From the NCBI GenBank assembly GCA_049608465.1, contig JBMYXO010000003.1, positions 1-58,758 on the forward strand: DNA of 58,758 nt, read 5' to 3'. The translations under genes were made by a program, and so were the position numbers. Position 1 is the stretch's first letter. Each line of letters starts with the position of its first letter. Positions 17,995 to 26,455 of this stretch are shown here, one piece after another. The notes under the pieces are model-generated. The model saw nothing but the letters and a program-made list of their open reading frames with translations, did not search any database and was not told the DNA's origin. Origin of the DNA: Solirubrobacterales bacterium (GTDB taxonomy: Bacteria; Actinomycetota; Thermoleophilia; Solirubrobacterales; JACPNS01).

Positions 17995-19605
17995 CTACGG
18001 CACGACCGGGTTCGTTGAGGCCGCCCGCGCGGCAGCGCTTTCGGCCTCGTCCACCACGCCACGACGACGCTCGGCATTGGTGAGTGCACGCGCGTACGCA
18101 CGCCCACTCGCCCAGACGGTGTCGGTGGACACTCCCTGGCCGGCAGCCGTCAGCCCGTTGATCTCGATGATCACGGAGACTTCGCCGATCGAGTCGGGTC
18201 CGGAGGTCACTGATTCAACGCGGTACTCGTTGAGGATCGGCTTGACCCCCACGCACGAGTTGATCGCGTCGAACAGCGCCTCGATCGTGCCGTTGCCGGT
18301 TCCGTTGCCGCTGGCCTTCTCGCCGTCTGGCCGCGTCATCTTGACCGACGCCGTCGGCTTGCCCTCGGAGGCGCTGTGCAGTTCGAACTCGTCGAACGTC
18401 CACGCCTTGGAATCGTCGCGCATCTCGTCGCTGACGATCGCCTCGAGGTCCATCGCGTTCACTTCCTTCTTGCGATCCGCGATCTCCTTGAAGGCCTTAA
18501 AGGCGTGGTTGAGACGTTCGCCGTCGATCTCGTAGCCCAGATCGGTCAGCGCCTCTTTCAGGGCGTGGCGACCGGAGTGCTTGCCCAGGACCAGGTTGTT
18601 GCTGGTCAGGCCCACCGTTTCGGGCTCCATGATCTCGTAGGTCTGCGGGTTCTTGAGGACGCCGTCCTGGTGGATGCCGGCCTCGTGCGCGAAGGCGTTG
18701 CGGCCGACGATCGCCTTGTTCGGCTGCACGGGGTAGCCAGTCAGGCGGCTGACCAAGCGGCTGGTGCGGGAGATCTCCTCGGTGTTGATGCCGGTCCAGA
18801 GACCGCCGATCTTCTCCGAGCGCGTGCGCAGCAGCATCGCGAACTCCTCGATCGAGGTGTTGCCGGCGCGTTCGCCGATTCCGTTGATCGCGCCTTCGAC
18901 CTGGCGGCAGCCGGCCTGCACTCCGGCGAAGGAGTTGGCGACGGCCAGCCCGAGGTCGTCGTGGCAGTGGACGGAGACGATCACCTTGCGCAGATCCGGA
19001 ACTCGTTCGTAGAGGGCGGTGAACATCGCCGCGTACTCCTCCGGGATTGCGTAGCCGGTGGTGTCGGGAACGTTGATCGTGGTGGCACCCTCGTCGATCG
19101 CAATCTGAATGACCTCGGCCATGAAGTCGATGTCCGAGCGCGAACCGTCCTCGGGCGAGTACTCGACGTCCTCGCACAGGGAGCGCGCGTGCGCGACGGC
19201 GGCGCGGACCTGACCCTTGACGTCTTCACGCGAAGACTGCAGCTTGTACTTCATGTGCAGGTCGCTGGTGGCCAGGAACGTGTGGATGCGCGGACGCTCG
19301 CTGTCTTTTATCGCGTTCCAGGCGGCGTCGATGTCCTGCGCGGAGGATCGTGCCAGCGCGCAGATCGTCGGGCCTTCTACGTTGCGGGCGATGTGCTGGA
19401 CGGCCTCGAAATCTCCGGGCGAGGAGATCGGGAAGCCGGCCTCGATCACATCCACGCCGAGCCGCGCGAGCTGCTGTGCGATCTCCAGCTTCTCCTGCGC
19501 GTTCAGCGAAATGCCCGGCGACTGCTCACCATCGCGCAGCGTGGTGTCGAAAATGACTACTCGGTCTTCTGGCTTGCCCGTCTGGGGCTCAATTCCCGGG
19601 TTCAT
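17995..19605 (-). CDS. leuA: 2-isopropylmalate synthase
   Basis: Contains IFDTTLRDGEQSPG and HCHDDLGLAVANS plus a C-terminal LeuA allosteric domain. GGAGG RBS 6 nt upstream of the ATG. Confidence 0.95.
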   Translation of the reverse strand: MNPGIEPQTGKPEDRVVIFDTTLRDGEQSPGISLNAQEKLEIAQQLARLGVDVIEAGFPISSPGDFEAVQHIARNVEGPTICALARSSAQDIDAAWNAIKDSERPRIHTFLATSDLHMKYKLQSSREDVKGQVRAAVAHARSLCEDVEYSPEDGSRSDIDFMAEVIQIAIDEGATTINVPDTTGYAIPEEYAAMFTALYERVPDLRKVIVSVHCHDDLGLAVANSFAGVQAGCRQVEGAINGIGERAGNTSIEEFAMLLRTRSEKIGGLWTGINTEEISRTSRLVSRLTGYPVQPNKAIVGRNAFAHEAGIHQDGVLKNPQTYEIMEPETVGLTSNNLVLGKHSGRHALKEALTDLGYEIDGERLNHAFKAFKEIADRKKEVNAMDLEAIVSDEMRDDSKAWTFDEFELHSASEGKPTASVKMTRPDGEKASGNGTGNGTIEALFDAINSCVGVKPILNEYRVESVTSGPDSIGEVSVIIEINGLTAAGQGVSTDTVWASGRAYARALTNAERRRGVVDEAESAAARAASTNPVVP

Positions 19606-19765
19606 GAGAACCTCCGTTTCTTCTTCTCTCGTTGAAATCTGTATTCGCTGTGGTTGAGGCCGGCCCTTGATCGCCAGGGCGGGCGCGCGTGACTAGTTCC
19701 CCCGAGGGGGAAGGAGAAGAAGAAGTCGGAGGTTGAGCGCGTTCGTCACAGCAAAGGTGATTCTA
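19606..19765 (-). promoter_or_regulatory. leuA leader: candidate -10 (TAGAAT, 19760-19765), leader ORF and SD-sequestering helix
   Basis: Segment 19714-19732 is complementary over 17 bp to 19611-19628, which contains the leuA SD. A CCCCC-UC-GGGGG hairpin lies at 19701-19712. Confidence 0.55.
19693..19749 (-). CDS. Putative leucine leader peptide (M)TNALNLRLLLLLPPRGN
   Basis: An 18-codon ORF with a GTG start and TAG stop. It has 7 Leu codons, including CTT CTT CTT CTC CTT in a row, immediately upstream of leuA. Confidence 0.55.
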   Translation of the reverse strand: MTNALNLRLLLLLPPRGN

Positions 19766-20020
19766 GCGGCGTTTGAGCGGGAGCGTGTCTTTTATCCAGC
19801 GCCAGTAGAAGTCGAAGATGAGCATGCCGCCGACTGCCCCGACCAGTGCGGCGGGGGCTTCGCGGAGGTCGGTGGTCCAGCCGAGGATCAGGCCAATGAC
19901 GAAGCCGATGCCGCCGAAGGCGGATGAAAGGGTCATTGGTGGGCCGCGGCGTTCGCGCCAGTCCGGGCGGTCCGGGTTGACGTAGTCGGCGGGATCGTCG
20001 GAGAAGATTCCAAAGGGCAT
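19763..20020 (-). CDS. Small membrane protein (two predicted TM helices), function unknown
   Basis: An 85-aa ORF with typical codon bias and hydrophobic segments (FGGIGFVIGLILGW, ALVGAVGGMLIFDFYW). Confidence 0.5.
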   Translation of the reverse strand: MPFGIFSDDPADYVNPDRPDWRERRGPPMTLSSAFGGIGFVIGLILGWTTDLREAPAALVGAVGGMLIFDFYWRWIKDTLPLKRR

Positions 20021-20066
20021 GAGATGAATCTAACCGCGATTGGTGCGGAAGACTGTGGAGGTTCAG

Positions 20067-20084
20067 TTAGAAGCTGACCACATG
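20067..20084. repeat. Direct repeat, left copy (duplicate of the serA 3' end, codons HVVSF-stop)
   Basis: ttagaagctgaccacatg here against ctagaagctaaccacatg at 21147-21164, 16 of 18 identical. Both differences are synonymous in the serA frame. Confidence 0.7.
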
Positions 20085-20164
20085 TTCTACTTGAAACCAA
20101 TCTCGCACCAGGACTGCATCGATCAAGGTTGTAGGAAACGCGATCGACTCGATGCTTCTTGTTT

Positions 20165-21079
20165 TCAACCCTTATCCCGTTCGCCCGAACGCGCAGTTGA
20201 GTAGTGGATCACCCACATCCCGATTTCGTCCCGTTCAATCGTCACGCCGAACCGCTTGTCCGCGATTAACTCTCCGTTCTGGAGATACTTCCATACCGGA
20301 AATACTTTGCCGAACGGGAGTCGAAGTACCGCGTGAGCAATCATTGGGATCAGCGCAAAATAGGACGTGGATTTAACAAGTCCGGCTTCACCGGGCAAAC
20401 ACGACGAAACGACACCGATCACGTCGCCGTCGCCGCTAATGACAGGTCCTCCGCTCATCCCGGATTCAAAATGCGCATCAGTCCTCGCGGACGGGAACCG
20501 GATCATCGCTGTGTCGCGATGTGAGTGATGTACCTCGAGAACTGAACCTTTGGAAAAGTGGAGCGGACAGTCGAACTGAAGCGAGCCAGCGAGGTTTATG
20601 GCTGTGCTGAGCCCCGAGTAACCCGCCGCCATGAACTCATCGCCGGCTTGAGGTTCGGCAAGTGAAATCTGAAATCGAGGGAAATCGGATGAGACTCGAT
20701 CGGCGACTTCTCGCAGATTGACTCCAATGACACCAACGTCGGTCGGTTCCATACCGACTCCAATCGCAGCGATTGGCGCAGTTATTCGAATGTTGCCAGT
20801 TTTTGTCGGAAGCACGATCGCCGGCCTAATGCCGCCTGGAACGATCTCGCGGAAGTCGTCTAGCACGTGGCGAGCGGTTACGTAAATGCCCGCCCCATCA
20901 TCGGTATGCGCTACTAGAAACGCGGTTCCGAGACCGGAAACACGACTTTCGGTCAGTCCGACAACCGGGACCACCGAGCACTGAAACTCAGTCGAAAACT
21001 CACGAAAGGTTTGAAACTCGCCGTCGGCATCGGAGATGAATGCAACGGTTTCGGCTTTCTGACCTTTATCGCTTGCCAT
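20165..21079 (-). CDS. Trypsin-like (S1/Trypsin_2) serine protease, no signal peptide
   Basis: Catalytic contexts TARHVL (His), TDVGVIG (Asp) and ESGMSGGPV (Ser). The N-terminus is hydrophilic. Confidence 0.75.
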   Translation of the reverse strand: MASDKGQKAETVAFISDADGEFQTFREFSTEFQCSVVPVVGLTESRVSGLGTAFLVAHTDDGAGIYVTARHVLDDFREIVPGGIRPAIVLPTKTGNIRITAPIAAIGVGMEPTDVGVIGVNLREVADRVSSDFPRFQISLAEPQAGDEFMAAGYSGLSTAINLAGSLQFDCPLHFSKGSVLEVHHSHRDTAMIRFPSARTDAHFESGMSGGPVISGDGDVIGVVSSCLPGEAGLVKSTSYFALIPMIAHAVLRLPFGKVFPVWKYLQNGELIADKRFGVTIERDEIGMWVIHYSTARSGERDKG

Positions 21080-21146
21080 TCACAATCTTGATTCGTGCGG
21101 GAATTAGGATCCGTGCTGGACGCTTCCACACATGTAAGAAAGTCTG

Positions 21147-21164
21147 CTAGAAGCTAACCACATG
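21147..21164. repeat. Direct repeat, right copy (functional serA 3' end)
   Basis: See the left copy at 20067-20084. Confidence 0.7.
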
Positions 21165-22751
21165 CCCATCCTGGAAGCCCTCAAGCTCCAGGATCTCATC
21201 GATCAGCTCCCGCGGTGGCTCGTCCTTCGAGGTGACGGCCAGCACAGCTGGCCCACCCTCGCTCGAGCCGATCACGGCGTTGTCGATGTTCACACCGCTG
21301 TTGCCGAACAGCGTTCCGACCTTGCCCAGCATTCCCGGGCGGTCTTCGTAGCGGAAGAAGGCGATGTGGTCGGCGAATTCGAGGTTGAAGTCTTGGCCAT
21401 ATACGAGCACCAGTCGCGGCAGATTCTTCGGGCCGAGGCCGGTGCCGCCGACGACGATCTGGTCGCCGTTGGATTGGATCGAGACCTTGATCAGCTCGGT
21501 GAAGTCCTCGGCCGTCGAAACTGAGGTTTCGGTCACTTTGATTCCGCGTTCATCTGCGAGCGCCGGCGCATTGACGAGGTTCACATCCTCCTCGGTGTGG
21601 CCTTGGAGGATCCCCTTCAAGACTGCCACGGTCAGCAACCGTGTATCGAAGTGCGACAAGCGGCCTTGGTACTCAATCTCGATCTTGTCGACGACCGGCG
21701 TTTCTGCCAGCGCGATCGCCAACTTGCCCAGCCGCTCGCCCAGCGGAATGAACGGCTCGAGGATCTTCATGTCCTCGCTGCCGACCTTCGGGATGTTGAC
21801 GGCATTGCTGACGAACTCGCCTGACAGCGCCGCGTCGATCTGTTCGGCGGTCTGCACTCCGGCGCGATCCTGGGCTTCCGTTGTGGAGGCACCCAGGTGC
21901 GGTGTGACGACGACGTTGTCCAGTTCGAACAAAGGCGATTCGGTCATCGGCTCGGACGGGAAGACATCGAGGCCGGCGCCGCCGAGCTTGCCGGACTGCA
22001 ATGCGTCGAGCAGTGCGTCGTAATCGACCAATCCGCCGCGCGCCACGTTCAATACGCGTGCGCCGTCCTTCATCTTCGCGAGGCGTTCCGCGTTCAGGAA
22101 TTCTTTGGTCTCGGGCGTGTTCGGCAGGTGGATGGTGAGAAAATCTGCGCGAGCGAGCACTTCGTCCGTGTCGTCCGCCTTTTCAACGCCCAGCTCGGCG
22201 AATCGCTCCGCAGACACGAACGGGTCGTACGCGACGACCTTCATTTGGTACCCGAGGGCGCGTGCCGCCACGAGCTGGCCGATGCGACCGAATCCGAGGA
22301 TGCCGAGGGTCTTCTCGTAAACCTCCACCCCGCCGTACCTTGAGCGAGCCCAATCGCCGCCCTTCAAAGCAGCGTCGGCCTGCGGGACGTTGCGGGCTAC
22401 CGCCATCAGCAGCGCCATCGTGTGCTCTGCCGCCGTGACGATGTTGCTCTCGGGCGCGTTGGCAACGATGATTCCGCGCTTGGTGGCTGCAGGTACGTCG
22501 ATGTTGTCGACCCCTACTCCCGCGCGGCCGATCACCTTCAGGTTGGAAGCCTTTTCGATCAACGCCGCATCGACGTTCGTCGCCGAGCGCACGAGCAACG
22601 CGTCAAACTCGCCGATTTGCGAGTCGAGCTGCGCGTCGTCCCAGTCAACTCCAAGTGTGACGTCGTATTTCTCTTGGAGCAGCGTGACGCCAGCGTCGGC
22701 GATCTTCTCTTTGACCAAGACGCTGTGTTTTTTGGAAGACTCGCCGGACAT
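21147..22751 (-). CDS. serA: D-3-phosphoglycerate dehydrogenase (long form with ASB/ACT domains)
   Basis: Contains LGILGFGRIGQLVA (NAD fold), a 2-hydroxyacid dehydrogenase core and a C-terminal ACT domain. Start taken at the ATG at 22751 (MSGESSKKHSVLV). The Arg-rich upstream extension of the 746-aa ORF overlaps the next gene. Confidence 0.9.
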   Translation of the reverse strand: MSGESSKKHSVLVKEKIADAGVTLLQEKYDVTLGVDWDDAQLDSQIGEFDALLVRSATNVDAALIEKASNLKVIGRAGVGVDNIDVPAATKRGIIVANAPESNIVTAAEHTMALLMAVARNVPQADAALKGGDWARSRYGGVEVYEKTLGILGFGRIGQLVAARALGYQMKVVAYDPFVSAERFAELGVEKADDTDEVLARADFLTIHLPNTPETKEFLNAERLAKMKDGARVLNVARGGLVDYDALLDALQSGKLGGAGLDVFPSEPMTESPLFELDNVVVTPHLGASTTEAQDRAGVQTAEQIDAALSGEFVSNAVNIPKVGSEDMKILEPFIPLGERLGKLAIALAETPVVDKIEIEYQGRLSHFDTRLLTVAVLKGILQGHTEEDVNLVNAPALADERGIKVTETSVSTAEDFTELIKVSIQSNGDQIVVGGTGLGPKNLPRLVLVYGQDFNLEFADHIAFFRYEDRPGMLGKVGTLFGNSGVNIDNAVIGSSEGGPAVLAVTSKDEPPRELIDEILELEGFQDGHVVSF

Positions 22752-22753
22752 GC

Positions 22754-23935
22754 TTACGCGTTCACCGGAACGCCAGCGTCGGCGAAGACGTTCATCGCGG
22801 CGGTGACTCCCGCGCCGAGCTCGATGTCGCCACCGAGTTCCTTCAAAGTCATTTCCAGCGCGGCCACGACTGTGACGATGTCGAACGGCCCGAAATAGCC
22901 GCAGTGCGCGATGCGGAAGATCTTGCCCTTGAGCTGCGACTGACCGCCCGCGATCGTGATGCCGTACTTGTCGCGCATGATCTTCGTGACCTGACCACCA
23001 TCTACAGAATCCGGGATCGACACGGCTGTCACGACAGCGGCCTCCTCGGCGTCGAGACCGAAGATCTCCAGCCCGTTCGCCTTCATCGCGGCGCGCGCGG
23101 CGCGGCCGAGCAGGCGGTGGCGGTCGTAGACGTTTTCCAAGCCCTCTTCGAGGATCATGTCGAGCGCCTTGCCGAGCGCCATGAAGAGGTTGACCGGCGG
23201 CGTGAACGGCGAGTCCGGCGGATCCTTCTTCTGGCCCTTGGCGGTCTTGTTCCAGTCGAGGAAGAAGCGGCCCTGCGGCTTTGCCGCGGCGCGCTCCAAG
23301 GCCTTGTCGTTGGGCGAGGCGAAGCCCATGCCCGGCGGCAGCATCAGCGCCTTCTGCGATCCGGAGACGACGACATCGAGATCCCATCCGTCCTGGTGCA
23401 GCTCGCCCGCGCCCAGGCCCGAGATCGCGTCGACGATGATCAGCGCGCCGTGCTTGTGCGCGACCTCTGCGATCGCCTTTACGTCGTGGACGACGCCGGT
23501 GGAGGTCTCTGAAAAGGTGGTGTAGACGAGTTCGATGCCCGGGTTCTCCGTGAGAACGCGGTCCACCTCGGCCGAGTCAATCTGGGTGCCCCATTCGACG
23601 TCGAGGTAGACGAAGTCGGCCTCATAGGCCTCGGCCAGGTCGCGCCAACGCTCGCCGAACTTGCCAGCCGAGGTGACGAGCACCTTGTCGCCGGGCTGCA
23701 CGAGATTTGCGAAGGCTGAGTCCATGCCCGCGGTGCCCGATCCTGCAAAGCAGAGCACCTCGTTCTGCGTGTCGAAGACCTTCTTGAGGTCCTGCAGCGC
23801 CTTCGCGTAGATCGGCACGAAGGCCGGTGCGCGGTGGTAAACGACCGGGTATGCCATCGCCTGTGAAACCTCTGGCGGGATCGGCGTTGGGCCAGGGGTC
23901 TGCAGATACGGCTTGATGTAGGGGCTGGGCGTCAT
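22754..23935 (-). CDS. Class V (AGXT-type) aminotransferase, probably serving as phosphoserine aminotransferase
   Basis: Serine-glyoxylate/alanine-glyoxylate aminotransferase-like sequence (SGSQKALM PLP-lysine context). Its stop lies 2 nt before the serA start. Confidence 0.8.
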   Translation of the reverse strand: MTPSPYIKPYLQTPGPTPIPPEVSQAMAYPVVYHRAPAFVPIYAKALQDLKKVFDTQNEVLCFAGSGTAGMDSAFANLVQPGDKVLVTSAGKFGERWRDLAEAYEADFVYLDVEWGTQIDSAEVDRVLTENPGIELVYTTFSETSTGVVHDVKAIAEVAHKHGALIIVDAISGLGAGELHQDGWDLDVVVSGSQKALMLPPGMGFASPNDKALERAAAKPQGRFFLDWNKTAKGQKKDPPDSPFTPPVNLFMALGKALDMILEEGLENVYDRHRLLGRAARAAMKANGLEIFGLDAEEAAVVTAVSIPDSVDGGQVTKIMRDKYGITIAGGQSQLKGKIFRIAHCGYFGPFDIVTVVAALEMTLKELGGDIELGAGVTAAMNVFADAGVPVNA

Positions 23936-23978
23936 CGGGGCAAGAGATTAGCGTTCGCCAGAATCCCGCCCAATGCCG

Positions 23979-25544
23979 TCAGCCGCTCGCCAGAGGCTCC
24001 GACACGATCGGATCGACCGACTGTTCAGCCGCCGCCTCCTCGACCGATTCGGCGCGACCGCTGACCATCCAAATCTGCGCGATCACGTAAATCGAGGCCA
24101 TCACTCCGGCCATGATGTAGAAGACAACCTGCATCGAATCGGCGAACGCCATCTGCACGCTGTGAACCAACTCGGCGCTGGTGGTTGACGCTCCCGAAGG
24201 CGCCGCCCCGGGACCAGAAGACAGCGAATCGGCCACAGAAATGGCTTCGGTGCGAGACACGCCGTCGGCGCCCAGCCGATCGACAACATTGGTCTTGGTC
24301 TGCGAGATGAGGATCGTGCTGAGCACTGCCAGTCCGATGCTGGCTCCGAGATTTCGGGCAGTCTGGGTGATTCCTGTGACCTCGCTGTACGCGGTCTTGG
24401 CGGCGCGGTTGAGCGCGTCGGTGCTCGCCGGGCCGAGAATCATGCCGACGCCGGCGCCGGCGATGATCAGCGGCCACTGCTGATCGTTGATGTTGAGGTC
24501 CGTCGCCCGCCCGGCCAGCATGAAGAACCCGACTGCCGAAACGACGCTTCCTATCAACACTGGCTTCTTGGCCCCATCTGAGTCGAGCATTCGACCACCG
24601 ATCTGCGCGGCGACCACGAAACCGATGAAGAAGTACATGATGTACTCGCCCGCCCCACTGGCACTTTGACCCAGTGCAATCTGTGCGTACTCACTGGCGA
24701 ACAAGAAGAACGGCACGAAGGCGATCGACATCAACGCAAGGATCATGTTGTCTGCCGCAAAGCCACGATCGGAGAAAATCCGCAGTTGCAAGAGCGGCAA
24801 ATCAATCGACAGCTCACGTCTGATGAAGATCGCTCCGAGAATCAGGCCAGCAACGATGCAGCCGATCGTCTGGGCAGAGATCCAGCCCCATTCAGTCGCC
24901 TGTTGTAGTGCAAGAACGACGAGCCCCATCGCTCCGGCAATCAGAACGGTGCCGCGGTAGTCCAGCTTCTGGGGTCGCTTCGTATTGTCGGGCTTGGAAA
25001 CGTGGATCATGATCAGCGCGATGATCGCCACCGGCACGTTGATCCAGAAGATCGATCGCCAGGTCCATTCCACGAGGTATCCGCCCAGGAACGGGCCGAC
25101 CGCCGTGAGCCCTCCAGTGACGCCGAAGAAGATCGCCATCGCCTTTCCGCGTTCGTCTGCGGAAAACGCCGCGACGACGATTCCGACCGCGGCCGGGAAC
25201 AGCAGCGCTGCAAAGGCACCCTGCGCGACGCGACTGGCGATCAGCCACGCCTCTGAAATCGACCCATCCGGCGTGAAGCCACAGAGCACCGAACAGATCG
25301 TGAAGCCAATCACGCCCACCGTCACCATGCTTCGGCGGCCGAGAACATCGCCGAGCTTTCCGCCGAACGCGAACAACGCCGCGAGGGCAAGCAGATATCC
25401 ATTCACCACCCACTGGCTGGCATCGTCAGACAGCCCGAGGTCTTTCTCGATGTCGGGAATCGCAATCGCGACGATGGTTTGATCGATGAAAGTCATCGCG
25501 CACGCGAAAACCATCGCGACGAGGACGAGACGGCCGTTATTCAT
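23979..25544 (-). CDS. MFS transporter, 14-TM DHA2/EmrB-like drug:H+ antiporter
   Basis: Multiple TM segments with a family-typical N-terminus (FIDQTIVAIAIPDIEKDLG). Start taken at the ATG at 25544. Confidence 0.85.
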   Translation of the reverse strand: MNNGRLVLVAMVFACAMTFIDQTIVAIAIPDIEKDLGLSDDASQWVVNGYLLALAALFAFGGKLGDVLGRRSMVTVGVIGFTICSVLCGFTPDGSISEAWLIASRVAQGAFAALLFPAAVGIVVAAFSADERGKAMAIFFGVTGGLTAVGPFLGGYLVEWTWRSIFWINVPVAIIALIMIHVSKPDNTKRPQKLDYRGTVLIAGAMGLVVLALQQATEWGWISAQTIGCIVAGLILGAIFIRRELSIDLPLLQLRIFSDRGFAADNMILALMSIAFVPFFLFASEYAQIALGQSASGAGEYIMYFFIGFVVAAQIGGRMLDSDGAKKPVLIGSVVSAVGFFMLAGRATDLNINDQQWPLIIAGAGVGMILGPASTDALNRAAKTAYSEVTGITQTARNLGASIGLAVLSTILISQTKTNVVDRLGADGVSRTEAISVADSLSSGPGAAPSGASTTSAELVHSVQMAFADSMQVVFYIMAGVMASIYVIAQIWMVSGRAESVEEAAAEQSVDPIVSEPLASG

Positions 25545-25600
25545 GATGGGAGCTCCTGAGCAGTCTGGTGATGATCCAGACTTTCTACAGGAATCGTCTA

Positions 25601-26455
25601 CTAAGAGCGTGTTCGGTATAGACGAGTGGTCAACGGCACGAAGATCGCGTTGAGCACCGCAGCCTCCGCGAAGACCAACGAGATGTCGCCGCTGTCGGCA
25701 TTGCCGCCCATCAGTCCGCGAACTGCGGTGACGACGTGACTGATCGGGTTGACGCCGACGAACCACTCAAGCGCAGCGGGAAGCGTGGACGGCTCGACGA
25801 AGATGTTGCTGAGGAAGATCAGCGGGAAGAGGCACATGAAGCCGGCGTTCATAACCGCGCTCGGTGACCGCATCAACAGACCAACCGTTGTGAACAACCA
25901 AGCCAAGCCAAACGCAAAGACAACGACCAGTCCGATCGAAAGCAGAATTCCCGTGACGCCGTTTGACGCGTCATAGCCCATGATCAGACCGGCGACAATC
26001 ACAACAAGTCCGGCGAGCACGTAGCGCACGATGTCGCCGAACGCCGCCCCGACCAGCGGTGCGGAGCTCCAGATCGGAAGTGTGCGAAAGCGATCGACCA
26101 CGCCCTTGGTCAGGTCTGTATTGAGCGACATGCCCGAGTAGACGGTCGTGAAGAGCACTGATTGAACGAGCAGACCGGGAAGGATGTACTGCAGGTAATC
26201 GCTCGTCGATCCGGCGACCGCGCCGCCGAACAAATACACGAACATCACAAGGAAGAGCACGGGCGTGATGGTCACGTCGATCAGCTGCTCGGGTACGTGC
26301 TTGATCTTCAGCATCGAGCGCCAGGCGAAACTCAGACATGACGAGAAGGCGCCGGCCGGCTTCGGGCGTTGCCCAGCCACCAACGCAGCGTGAATAGCCT
26401 CGGTCGAGATCGATTCTTGATCGACTTCGGGTTTGGTTTCGATTCCGACTGCCAT
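25601..26455 (-). CDS. ABC-2 type transporter permease (DrrB-like)
   Basis: Six-TM ABC-2 permease architecture. Its ATG overlaps the stop of the upstream ATPase gene. Confidence 0.85.
   Translation of the reverse strand: MAVGIETKPEVDQESISTEAIHAALVAGQRPKPAGAFSSCLSFAWRSMLKIKHVPEQLIDVTITPVLFLVMFVYLFGGAVAGSTSDYLQYILPGLLVQSVLFTTVYSGMSLNTDLTKGVVDRFRTLPIWSSAPLVGAAFGDIVRYVLAGLVVIVAGLIMGYDASNGVTGILLSIGLVVVFAFGLAWLFTTVGLLMRSPSAVMNAGFMCLFPLIFLSNIFVEPSTLPAALEWFVGVNPISHVVTAVRGLMGGNADSGDISLVFAEAAVLNAIFVPLTTRLYRTRS

Noticed and set aside
22752-23387. N-terminal 212-aa extension of the serA ORF (the 746-aa version)
   Set aside because: The extension is an Arg/Gly-rich reading of the alternative frame of the upstream aminotransferase gene. 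The conserved serA sequence begins at MSGESSKKHSVLV (ATG at 22751). Similar over-long starts were trimmed for the MFS pump, ilvC, menH, menD, menF, gatB, the Fe-ADH, nfo, gltX, cimA and the ThiF-like gene.
25562-25582. Hairpin AGTCTGG-N7-CCAGACT between the ABC permease and the MFS gene
   Set aside because: It is a 7-bp stem with no U-tract, lying just upstream of the MFS RBS. It is plausible as an intercistronic structure but unremarkable and unsupported by any repeat elsewhere in the window.
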